From contig JBHGAY010000047.1 in NCBI GenBank assembly GCA_041946735.1, positions 1-19,524 on the forward strand: 19,524 nucleotides of DNA. The letters are read 5' to 3'. The notes under the pieces were generated by a model that worked only from the letters and a program-made list of their open reading frames with translations, did no database searches and was not told where the DNA came from. The DNA comes from Candidatus Eiseniibacteriota bacterium (lineage in GTDB: Bacteria; Eisenbacteria; RBG-16-71-46; CAIMUX01; VGJL01). Made by a program: the position numbers and the translations under genes. Of this stretch, positions 1 to 8,173 are shown one piece after another. Each line of letters opens with the position of its first letter. Within the stretch, counting starts at the first letter, position 1.

Positions 1-257
1 TCCGGGCTCGCCTCTCCCGTCAGCACGATTCCCTGGACGAGCGGCCAGACGATGTTCTCCTGGTAGACGCCCGGCGCGACGAGCACGGTGTCGCCCGGGC
101 CCGCGGCACGAAGGGCGCGATCGACGGTCGGATGGTCGATCGGGACTCGGATCGTCGCGGCGGAAGCGAGGGGGACCACAGCGACGGCGGCGGTGGCCGC
201 GGCGGCGGCGATCACGGCGATCACGGCGATCGCGGAGCGGACAGAGTCCTTTCTCAT
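1..257 (-). CDS. Secreted right-handed beta-helix (pectin-lyase-like) protein, N-terminal part; runs off the window edge
   Basis: Not in the ORF track. Hand translation from ATG 257 (alternative GTG 263, SD GGAGGGAGG): MRKDSVRSAIAVIAVIAAAAATAAVAVVPLASA|ATIRVPIDHPTVDRALRAAGPGDTVLVAPGVYQENIVW. This is a signal peptide followed by the typical 'IxVP..PT...A...A..GDTVLVAPGxYxENI' beta-helix cap. Confidence 0.8.
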   Translation of the reverse strand, partial: MRKDSVRSAIAVIAVIAAAAATAAVAVVPLASAATIRVPIDHPTVDRALRAAGPGDTVLVAPGVYQENIVWPLVQGIVLTGEASP

Positions 258-369
258 CGACACGGGCCTCCCTCCAGTGGATCGCAAACGATCATACGCA
301 AATCGGGCGAGCGACGGGCGACGAATGTTCGACTCCGGCTCCGGGCCGATGCCGGGCGAGCCGCTCCTG

Positions 370-378
370 TGATACGAT
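370..378 (+). promoter_or_regulatory. Putative extended -10 promoter (TGaTACGAT) for the YCF48-like gene; a divergent TATGAT lies at 296-291 on the minus strand
   Basis: TGnTAnnnT consensus in the divergent intergenic region 264-431. Confidence 0.4.
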
Positions 379-431
379 CCCGCGTTTCTTTGCGTGGTGT
401 CCGTCCTTCCACAATCCCGGAGGTCCTGCCG

Positions 432-1841
432 ATGCGATTGCACGAGATCCTCGCCCGCCGCTCGGGGCGCCGCGCGAGCCGCCGACGCCGTCCGCTCCTC
501 GATCCGGCCGCCGCGGCCACCTCGCGCCGGCAGCATCTTCCCGCGGTCCTCGCGCGGTCCGCCGCGCTGTACGCCTCGCTGTACGCCTCGCTCGCCGTCG
601 TCACGTGCTCGGTCGCATTCGCGGGGTGGAACCTGCAGAACGCGGGAACCTCGGCCGACCTGCACGCGATCACCGCGTCGCACGGAAACGTCGACCGCGC
701 CTGGGCCGTCGGCGACGGAGGCGTGATCGTGCGCACCACCGACGGCGGCGGGCACTGGATCGCTCTGCAGAGCGGGACGGCGGAGGACCTCTATGACATC
801 GTCGCGCTGGAGCTGGCCGGCGAGCCCCTCCTGGCCGTCGGCGCGGCGGGCACGCTCCTCATCTCCACCGATTCGGGAGCGACCTGGACGCAGCGGGACA
901 GCGGCACGACCGCCACGTTGCGCGCGCTCGCCGACTTCGGCTTCTGGGCGGCGGGCGACGGCGGCACGGTCGTCACGAGCTCGGACAATGGAGCCACCTG
1001 GACGCAGCGGCCGACCGGCACCACCGAGAATCTCCACTCGATCACCGCTGTGTTCAGCCATTACGCGGTCGGCGATCACGGGACGGTGCTGCGCACGACG
1101 AACAACGGGCAGAGCTGGTTTCCCATCGCGAGCGGTTGGAGTCAGGACCTCTACGGCACGCCGATGTTCGGGTCGGCCGACATCGTGGTCGGCGACGAGG
1201 GCCTGATCCTGCAGAGCACCGACTTCGGTCAGACGTGGAGCCGCTACGAGAGCGGCACCGCCGCCCGGCTCGAGGAGATCGAGTACTCGGTCAACAACAC
1301 CGACCGGGCCTATTGCGTCGGTGCGGCCGGCACCATCCTTCGCACGACCGACTCCGGACTGACCTGGGGACAGCAGGTAAGCCCGACACAGGCCGATTTG
1401 AACTCCGTCTTCTTCTACCTCGATGACTTGCGCGGCTGGGCGGCAGGCGACGCCGGGACGATTCTGCGCACGAACGACGGCGGCGGGCCGGTCTTCCCTG
1501 CCGGGATCGCGGGAGATCCGACGCAGGACGGCGGGACGGGCAGCGCGATCACGCTCCTCAGCCGGCCCAACCCCTGCCGCGCCACGGCGACGCTGGAGCT
1601 GCGCAACGGGACGGCGGGCGCGGAGGCGCTTGCGGCGGCAGGAGCCGAAGAAGCGGGGCCGGTGCTCGTCGAGCTGTTCGATCCGTCCGGCAGGCGCGTG
1701 CGCGTGTGGCGGCTCGAGAGCGCCGGCGGCGGGTCGTGGGCGCTGCCGCTCGATCTGGGATCTGCGGAGGCGGGAGTCTTCGTCTACCGGGCCACGACGC
1801 GCGGAGGATCGACGGCCGGAAAGCTCGTGCGGCTGCCCTGA
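432..1841 (+). CDS. Secreted YCF48/Hcf136-like beta-propeller (BNR/Asp-box repeats) with a C-terminal T9SS/FlgD-like sorting domain
   Basis: Repeated 'AVGDxGxI(L/V)RTTDGGxTW...SGTxxxL' units. C-terminus SRPNP...VELFDPSGRRVR...GVFVYR...GKLVRLP. Start placed at ATG 432 (SD GGAGG at 419-423) rather than 132. Confidence 0.85.
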   Translation: MRLHEILARRSGRRASRRRRPLLDPAAAATSRRQHLPAVLARSAALYASLYASLAVVTCSVAFAGWNLQNAGTSADLHAITASHGNVDRAWAVGDGGVIVRTTDGGGHWIALQSGTAEDLYDIVALELAGEPLLAVGAAGTLLISTDSGATWTQRDSGTTATLRALADFGFWAAGDGGTVVTSSDNGATWTQRPTGTTENLHSITAVFSHYAVGDHGTVLRTTNNGQSWFPIASGWSQDLYGTPMFGSADIVVGDEGLILQSTDFGQTWSRYESGTAARLEEIEYSVNNTDRAYCVGAAGTILRTTDSGLTWGQQVSPTQADLNSVFFYLDDLRGWAAGDAGTILRTNDGGGPVFPAGIAGDPTQDGGTGSAITLLSRPNPCRATATLELRNGTAGAEALAAAGAEEAGPVLVELFDPSGRRVRVWRLESAGGGSWALPLDLGSAEAGVFVYRATTRGGSTAGKLVRLP

Positions 1842-1856
1842 AGCGTGCCGGCCTGG

Positions 1857-1914
1857 CGGCGCGCGCGGGAGACTCCGGCGCGCGCGGGAGCCGCCAAGCT
1901 TCCCGCGCCCGCCG
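1857..1914. repeat. GC-rich direct-plus-inverted repeat between convergent genes; possible terminator hairpin
   Basis: CGGCGCGCGCGGGAG at 1857-1871 and 1876-1890; near-perfect inverted copy CTTCCCGCGCCCGCCG at 1899-1914. Confidence 0.55.
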
Positions 1915-1929
1915 TCAGTCCTCTGTCGT

Positions 1930-2793
1930 CTACGACTCGAAGATCGCGACGACCGCCTGGTAGCGCGTGTGAACCTTCTCGACCGCGGCCTCGACCGCCG
2001 CAGCGTCCGCTCCGGCGCCGCTCGCCGCCACCCGCAGCTCGGCCGTCGCCTCGCAGAGCGACGCGAAGCCGGCCTTGAGCTCCGGCTCCTTCGCGGCGAA
2101 GCGCGCCGGGATCGGCGCCTCGACGAGCGCGCCGCAGCGCTCCACGAGGGCCTTCGCCGACACCGACAGGTCGTCCAGCCGCTTCTCCGGCATCTCCTTG
2201 TGATAGATGCCGTAGAGGACGACGTGGTAGGCGTCGAGCTCCTTCATCACCGGCCGGACGATCCGCACCATCGACTCGAAGCGGGAATGCAGAGCCTCGA
2301 CCGCGTCGAGCATCGGCTGGACCTCGCTGCCCGCCGCCGCCGTGCGATAGGTCGCGACGTCCTGCTCGAGCGAAGCGACCGCCGCGTCCCACGCAGGCTT
2401 CTTGTCGCGCAGGATCCCGGGCAGCTCCGCCGTCCGGATCGCCTGCACGTGCGCTTCCACCTGGGGCAGCAGCTCCTTGATCATCGCGGCGTTCTTGCTC
2501 GGCCAGGCTTCGTGCCAGAGCGGATAGATCACCTCGTGCAAGGCGATCAGCTCGGGGACTTCCGCCTTCGTCTCGTCCGCCGGGGCTTGCGCGTCGCCGG
2601 GCTCGGCCTGGGCGGGAACGGCTGCGGCTTCCTTCGTCCCTTCGGTCCCTGCGCTCTCTGCGGTCCCTGCGTTGCCCGCGCCGGCGCCTTCATGGCTCGG
2701 GCACTGCCCGAACGCGGGGACGACGAGGAGCAGCGCGAGCAGCAACGAACCGAGCGCCGCCATCTGGAGCGGACCAAGGAGCATTCGACGCAT
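1930..2793 (-). CDS. Secreted hypothetical protein with two tandem His-bearing helical domains
   Basis: SD AAGGAG, signal peptide ending VPAFG, Ala/Glu/Gly linker, then an internal duplication (LHEVIYPLWH...AVEALHSRF / YHVVLYGIYH...AVEKVHTRY). Confidence 0.85.
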   Translation of the reverse strand: MRRMLLGPLQMAALGSLLLALLLVVPAFGQCPSHEGAGAGNAGTAESAGTEGTKEAAAVPAQAEPGDAQAPADETKAEVPELIALHEVIYPLWHEAWPSKNAAMIKELLPQVEAHVQAIRTAELPGILRDKKPAWDAAVASLEQDVATYRTAAAGSEVQPMLDAVEALHSRFESMVRIVRPVMKELDAYHVVLYGIYHKEMPEKRLDDLSVSAKALVERCGALVEAPIPARFAAKEPELKAGFASLCEATAELRVAASGAGADAAAVEAAVEKVHTRYQAVVAIFES

Positions 2794-2875
2794 CGTTTTC
2801 TCCTTTCCTTCCGGCGCAAGTCGGTAGCGGCCGGGCCGGATCCTTTCGACGAGACGCGGCCGGGCGGGGTCGAGC

Positions 2876-4450
2876 CTAGAACAGGAACCCGACCGACCGG
2901 TTGACGAGGCTCGCGAGCGGCGACCAGAAGACTCCGAGCAGGAGCGTCGGCCCCGCGAAGACGACGAGCAGCACCGAATGCGAGATGCCGAGCTGCAGAG
3001 CCGGAGCGCCCGGCTCGCCTCCGGCGCCCGCGATCGCCGCCCGCGCCTCCCCTTCCGGTCCCCGATCGAGGAACATCGCCTTCAGCACTCGCGCGTAATA
3101 GTACAGCGAGATGACGCTGTTCAGGATCCCGATCACGGCGAGCCAGTAGAGGTGCGCCTCGATGACCGCCGAGAAGAGGAAGAACTTGCCCACGAAGCCG
3201 GCGAACGGCGGGATCCCGGTGAGCGAGAAGAGGAAGATCGCCATCGCCACGCCGAGAAGCGGCGCGCGCGGCCCGATCCCGCGATACGCCTCGATCTCCT
3301 CCTCGTTGCCGACCTTCTCGCGGAGCGCGATCACGACCGCGAAGGCGCCGAGGTTCATGAAGAGATAGACGCCGAGATAGAACAGGACGCCGAAGAGGCC
3401 GCCGCGGCTGAGCGTCCCCGTCGCCGGATCGACCGACGCGAGCCCCATGAGCAGGTACCCGGCGTGCGCGATCGAGGAATAGGCGAGCATCCGCTTGATG
3501 TTCGACTGCTGCACCGCGATCACGTTCCCGACCGTCATCGTGAGCGCCGAGAGGACGGCGATCACCGCCGGCCAGTCGATCCGCTCCAGCGCGCCGCCCG
3601 GGATCGTCCCGAACACGTGCAGCGAGATCCGCGCGAGCATCGCGAAGCCGGCCGCCTTCGGCGCGACCGAGAGGAACGCGGTCAGGGGCGTCGCCGCTCC
3701 CTCGTACACGTCGGGACACCAGAAATGGAACGGCACCGCGGCGATCTTGTAGCCCACCCCGGCCAGGATGAGGAAGCCGGCGACCAGGATCGCGGGCTCG
3801 GCGCCGGAAGTGGCGGCGAGCGCCGGCCCGAGGCGCAGCAGATTCAGCTCCCCGGTCAGGCCGTAGAGGATCGACAGGCCGAAGATCATGGCGCCCGAGG
3901 AGACCGAGCCGAACAGGACGTATTTCAGTCCCGCCTCGCTCGCCCGCAAATCCTCCTTCACGTACCCGACGAGCACGTAGGAGAGGTAGCTGACCATTTC
4001 GAGGGAGAGGTAGAGCATGAGCAGGTTCGTCGAGGACGCCATCAGGAAGAGCCCGCCGACGACGCACATCAGGAGCGAGAAGAACTCCCCCATCCTGCGA
4101 ACGCCGTAGTCGCGTCCGGTGACGACGAGCAGCAGGACCAGGATCGTCGCAACGAGGAACAACAGCTTGAAGAAGTTCGAGAGCGGATCGAAGGCGACCG
4201 CGCCCTGGAACAGGAGGAGCGCGCCGGCGCCTTGCGGGAGCGACGCGCCCATCATGGCGATCGTGGCCACGAACGTGGCGACGAGCCCGGCCAGCGCGAC
4301 CCAGGCGGAGCGCAGCGAGCCGCGCCGGTCGGTCGTGAAGTCCGCGAGCACGGCGAGCGAGAACGTGACGAAGATCAGGATCTCCGGCAGGAACCAGCGG
4401 ACGCTCGGGATCGTGTCGAGGACCAGGTAGGTCCCAAGCCTCTCCAGCAT
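2876..4450 (-). CDS. nuoN: NADH-quinone oxidoreductase subunit N
   Basis: Polytopic membrane protein; SEAGLKY, YKIAAVPFHFWCPDVYEGA, NIKRMLAYSSIAHAGY, GIPPFAGFVGK; last gene of the operon. Confidence 0.96.
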   Translation of the reverse strand: MLERLGTYLVLDTIPSVRWFLPEILIFVTFSLAVLADFTTDRRGSLRSAWVALAGLVATFVATIAMMGASLPQGAGALLLFQGAVAFDPLSNFFKLLFLVATILVLLLVVTGRDYGVRRMGEFFSLLMCVVGGLFLMASSTNLLMLYLSLEMVSYLSYVLVGYVKEDLRASEAGLKYVLFGSVSSGAMIFGLSILYGLTGELNLLRLGPALAATSGAEPAILVAGFLILAGVGYKIAAVPFHFWCPDVYEGAATPLTAFLSVAPKAAGFAMLARISLHVFGTIPGGALERIDWPAVIAVLSALTMTVGNVIAVQQSNIKRMLAYSSIAHAGYLLMGLASVDPATGTLSRGGLFGVLFYLGVYLFMNLGAFAVVIALREKVGNEEEIEAYRGIGPRAPLLGVAMAIFLFSLTGIPPFAGFVGKFFLFSAVIEAHLYWLAVIGILNSVISLYYYARVLKAMFLDRGPEGEARAAIAGAGGEPGAPALQLGISHSVLLVVFAGPTLLLGVFWSPLASLVNRSVGFLF

Positions 4451-4460
4451 CGCCCCTCCC

Positions 4461-5927
4461 CTACACCTTCTGCGCCATCTCGACGACCCAGATCACGGAG
4501 CGGCTCATCATGTTCAGGATCGGCATCGGCCAGACGCCGAGCACGATCACGATGATGGCGAGCGGCACGAGCGTGAACAGCTCCCGTCCGTTGATGTCGG
4601 GCAGGCTCTTGTACTTCTCGTTCAATGTCCCGAGGAACATCCGCTGGAGCGTCCAGAGCATGTAGCCTGCGGTCAGCACGATCCCGACCACGGCCAGCAT
4701 CGTCAGTCCCTTGAAGACCGGGAAGGCGCCGAGGAAGACGAGCGCTTCGCTGATGAACCCGGAAAGGCCGGGCAGGCCGAGCGCCGCGAAGAACGCGATC
4801 GAGACGATTCCTGTGTAGATCGGCATCTGGTGCGCGAGCCCGCCGAAGCCGTCGATCTCGCGATGATGCGCGCGGTCGTAGATCACACCGACCAGGAGGA
4901 AGAGCATGGCCGTCGTCGTGCCGTGGTTGAACATCTGGAGCACCGCGCCGTTGACTCCGGCGACGGTGAAGGCCGCCATCCCGAGCAGGCAGTACCCCAT
5001 GTGGCTCACGGACGAATAGGCGACGAGCTTCTTCAGGTCCTTCTGCGCCATCGCGCAGAGCGCCCCGTAGAGGATGTTGATCACCCCGAGGACCGCCAGG
5101 GCCCCGGCGAAGTAGACGCTTCCGACCGGCAGGATCGGATAGGAGATCCGGAGGATGCCGTAGATCCCCATCTTCAGGAGCACGCCGGCCAGGATCACCG
5201 AGATCGCCGTCGGGGCCTCGACGTGCGCGTCCGGGAGCCAGGTGTGGAACGGGAAGACCGGAACCTTGATCGCGAAGCCGATGAACAGCGCCGCGTAGAC
5301 GACGAGCTGGAAGGTCCGGCCGTAGGCGCTCGCGTTGGCCCAGAGCTGCGTCATGTCGAAGGTGTGCGGGCTGCTCGCGAAGTAGAGCGCGATCATCGAC
5401 AGCAGCATCAGCACCGAGCCGGCCAGGGTGTAGAGGAAGAACTTGATCGCGGCGTACTCGCGCCTCGGGCCGCCCCAGATGCCGATCAGGAAGTACATCG
5501 GCAGGAGCATCACCTCCCAGAAGACGAAGAAGAGGAAGAAGTCGAGCGCGCAGAAGACGCCGATCATTCCGGTCTCGAGGAGGAGGAAGAGCGCGTAGTA
5601 GCCGCGCACCATCCGGTTGATTCCCCAGGAGGCGAACATGCAGAGGAAGCAGAGCAGGGCCGTCAGGATCACCATGGTGACCGACAGGCCGTCGACCGCC
5701 ATGAAGTACTGGATGTGGAACGCCGAGATCCAGTCGACCTTCTCGACGAACTGCAGCCCCGCCGCATTGCGATCGAACTGCGCAAAGAGCCAGACCGCCA
5801 ACAGGAACGGAACGGCCGACGCGATCGCCGCCGTCCATCTCGTGAGGTTCGGCCGGTTCTTCGGCAAGGCCAGGATCACCGCCGCCCCGATCAGGGGGAA
5901 GAAGGTCATCCAGGAAAGCACTCCCAT
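4461..5927 (-). CDS. nuoM: NADH-quinone oxidoreductase subunit M
   Basis: FWEVMLLPMYFLIG, KVPVFPFHTWLPDAHVEAPT, LLKMGIYG, LPGLSGFISE. Start at ATG 5927 because SD GGAGGAGG (5941-5934) abuts the upstream ATG 5933. Confidence 0.97.
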   Translation of the reverse strand: MGVLSWMTFFPLIGAAVILALPKNRPNLTRWTAAIASAVPFLLAVWLFAQFDRNAAGLQFVEKVDWISAFHIQYFMAVDGLSVTMVILTALLCFLCMFASWGINRMVRGYYALFLLLETGMIGVFCALDFFLFFVFWEVMLLPMYFLIGIWGGPRREYAAIKFFLYTLAGSVLMLLSMIALYFASSPHTFDMTQLWANASAYGRTFQLVVYAALFIGFAIKVPVFPFHTWLPDAHVEAPTAISVILAGVLLKMGIYGILRISYPILPVGSVYFAGALAVLGVINILYGALCAMAQKDLKKLVAYSSVSHMGYCLLGMAAFTVAGVNGAVLQMFNHGTTTAMLFLLVGVIYDRAHHREIDGFGGLAHQMPIYTGIVSIAFFAALGLPGLSGFISEALVFLGAFPVFKGLTMLAVVGIVLTAGYMLWTLQRMFLGTLNEKYKSLPDINGRELFTLVPLAIIVIVLGVWPMPILNMMSRSVIWVVEMAQKV

Positions 5928-5933
5928 CGTCAT

Positions 5934-6028
5934 CCTCCTCCGCCTCTAGCCTCTGCTTCTACTTCCGTCTTGCTTCCGTCTACTTCCGTCGAGGCTTTCG
6001 GCCTCGTCCCGCTCGTTCCCGCCGCTCG
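5934..6028 (-). other. 95-bp nuoL-nuoM intergenic element: hairpin, short tandem repeats and a strong SD
   Basis: On the mRNA: hairpin CGAGGC-CGAAA-GCCUCG (6006-5990), GACGGAAG x3 (plus-strand CTTCCGTC at 5962, 5973, 5983), then GGAGGAGG. Confidence 0.6.
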
Positions 6029-8170
6029 TCAGAAGCCGCGGATCAAGCGGACGAACACGAGCACCAGCGCGACCGTGACGACACCGAATACGTAGTTCTG
6101 GAACTTGCCGGTCTGGACCCGGCGGAACTGCCGTCCCCAAAGAAGGACGGCGGAAGCCACGCCGTTGACCATCCCGTCGATCACCTTGTTGTCGAACAGA
6201 CCGATCAACCAGGAGAAGAACCTGGTCAGCCAGGCCGCCCCGTTGACGGCGCCGTCGACCACCTTGTTGTCGAAGATCGCCGAGCCCCTCGCGAGGGCGA
6301 TCACCGGCTGGACGACGCCCGCCTGGTAGATCTCGTCGAAGTAGTACTTCCTCGAGAGGAGCGTGTGCAGGCCGGCGAAGCGCTGACGCATCGCCGCCGG
6401 CGAGAACGTTCCCTTCATGTAGAACGCCCAGGAGAGCAGGATCCCGGTCCCGGCGGCGAGGATCGAGAGGATCATCGCGATCAGGTGCGCGGACCCGTGC
6501 CCCTCGCCGTGGCCCCCCGCGTGCGCGACCGCGCCCTCGGCCCCGTGGACCGCCGGCGCCGCCTCATGCCCCGCAATCGCCGGTGCCGCTTCGTGCCCCG
6601 CGACCGCCGGCGCCTGTTGCGCCGCTTCGCCGGCCTCCCCGGTCACCGCAAGCCCCGCCTCGTGCAGTCCGCCGGAGACCATCCCCGCTTCCACCGTCCG
6701 GTAGGTCGCGATCTCCGGCTTCACGACGAGCTTCTGGAACCAGCCGCCCCATGCGGAACCGAGCGACAGGACCGCCAGCGTCACGAGCGGGATCGTCATG
6801 ACGAGCGGCGACTCGTGCGCGTGCTCGAAGCGGTGGCGATCCCGCGGTTGCCCGGTGAACGTCAGGAAGACGATCCGGAACATGTAGAACGCGGTCAGTC
6901 CCGCGGTCGCGAGCAGCAGGAGGAAGACGACGAGATGCCCGGGGTTCTCCATGCCGAACTGGAGCGCCGAGGCGAGGATCGCGTCCTTGCTGAAGAAGCC
7001 CGAGAGGCCGGGGACGCCGGAGATCGCGAGCGTCGCGATCAGGAAGGTGCCGAACGTGACCGGCATCTTGCGCCGCAGGCCGCCCATCTCCGGCATCTCC
7101 TGCGTGTGCACGGCGTGGATCACGCTGCCGCTGCCGAGGAAGAGGAGCGCCTTGAAGAAGGCGTGGGTCATCAGGTGGAAGAGCCCGGCGGTGTACCCGC
7201 CAACGCCGAGCGCGGCGACCATGTAGCCGAGCTGCGAGATCGTCGAGTAGGCGAGCCCCTTCTTGATGTCGGTCTGGACCAGCGCGATCGTCGCCGCCAT
7301 CACGGCCGTGATCAGTCCGATGTAGGCGATGAAGAGCAGCGCGTCGGGCGAGAAGAGCAGGAAGAGCCGGCCGACCATGTAGACGCCGGCCGCCACCATC
7401 GTCGCGGCATGGATCAACGCGGAGACGGGGGTCGGACCTTCCATCGCGTCGGGCAGCCAGATGTGCAGCGGGAACTGCGCCGACTTTCCGATCGCCCCGA
7501 AGAAGACGGCGATCCCGGCCGCGGTGAGGAGGTTGCCGGAGATCGTCCCGTTCGCGACGGCCCGGAAGACGTCCTCGTAGCGGAAGCTGCCGACCTGCGT
7601 GTAGAGGATCAGGATCCCGATGAACATTCCGACGTCCCCGATGCGGGTCGTCAGGAACGCCTTCTTCGCCGCGTCGCTCGCCGACTTCTTCTCGAACCAG
7701 TGGCCGATCAGCAGGTACGACGACAGTCCGACCAGCTCCCAGAAGACATAGAGGGCGAGCAGGTTGTCGCACAGCACGATCCCGAGCATCGAGAAGCTGA
7801 AGAGCCCGAGATAGCCGAAGTAGCGCGAGTAGCGGACGTCGTCGCGCATGTAGCCGATCGAGAAGAGGTGGACCAGGAACGAGACGATCGTCACCACCAT
7901 CAGCATCACGGCGGTGAGGTTGTCGAAGAGGATGCCCATCCCCGCGCGGAAGACGCCCAGGTCGATCCAGCTCCAGTGGAACCCCCGCTGGTAGTCGGGA
8001 TCGAAGACGCCGAGCGTCCGCACGAAGGTGACGAGCGCGAGAAGGAGCGACACGCCGATCGCGCCGGTCGAGAGCCAGTCGCCCTTCCGCGGCAGCTTGC
8101 CGCCGAAGAACATCTGGATCGCGAACGCCGCGAGCGGCAGCAGGAGGATCAGGACGAGATTCGTCAGCAT
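6029..8170 (-). CDS. nuoL: NADH-quinone oxidoreductase subunit L, with a His/Ala/Gly-rich loop and a lengthened lateral helix
   Basis: WELVGLSSYLLIG, KKAFLTTRIGD, GKSAQFPLHIWLPDAMEGPTPVSALIHAATMV, HAFFKALLFLGSG, C-terminal QTG. Confidence 0.97.
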   Translation of the reverse strand: MLTNLVLILLLPLAAFAIQMFFGGKLPRKGDWLSTGAIGVSLLLALVTFVRTLGVFDPDYQRGFHWSWIDLGVFRAGMGILFDNLTAVMLMVVTIVSFLVHLFSIGYMRDDVRYSRYFGYLGLFSFSMLGIVLCDNLLALYVFWELVGLSSYLLIGHWFEKKSASDAAKKAFLTTRIGDVGMFIGILILYTQVGSFRYEDVFRAVANGTISGNLLTAAGIAVFFGAIGKSAQFPLHIWLPDAMEGPTPVSALIHAATMVAAGVYMVGRLFLLFSPDALLFIAYIGLITAVMAATIALVQTDIKKGLAYSTISQLGYMVAALGVGGYTAGLFHLMTHAFFKALLFLGSGSVIHAVHTQEMPEMGGLRRKMPVTFGTFLIATLAISGVPGLSGFFSKDAILASALQFGMENPGHLVVFLLLLATAGLTAFYMFRIVFLTFTGQPRDRHRFEHAHESPLVMTIPLVTLAVLSLGSAWGGWFQKLVVKPEIATYRTVEAGMVSGGLHEAGLAVTGEAGEAAQQAPAVAGHEAAPAIAGHEAAPAVHGAEGAVAHAGGHGEGHGSAHLIAMILSILAAGTGILLSWAFYMKGTFSPAAMRQRFAGLHTLLSRKYYFDEIYQAGVVQPVIALARGSAIFDNKVVDGAVNGAAWLTRFFSWLIGLFDNKVIDGMVNGVASAVLLWGRQFRRVQTGKFQNYVFGVVTVALVLVFVRLIRGF
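6161..6274 (-). repeat. 78-bp-period (26-aa) tandem duplication inside nuoL
   Basis: CACCTTGTTGTCGAA at 6182 and 6260; protein FDNKVVDGAVNGAA / FDNKVIDGMVNGVA. Confidence 0.9.
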
Positions 8171-8173
8171 CCG

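Noticed and set aside
132..431. Upstream extensions of track ORFs (132 start; likewise 15286, 14739, 10233 and 9514)
   Set aside because: They overlap neighbouring real genes; SD-supported starts lie downstream.
5990..6035. Hammerhead-like CUGACGA...GAAA on the minus strand at the nuoL stop
   Set aside because: The bases between the two motifs do not form stem II, and the GAAA sits in the loop of a simple hairpin.
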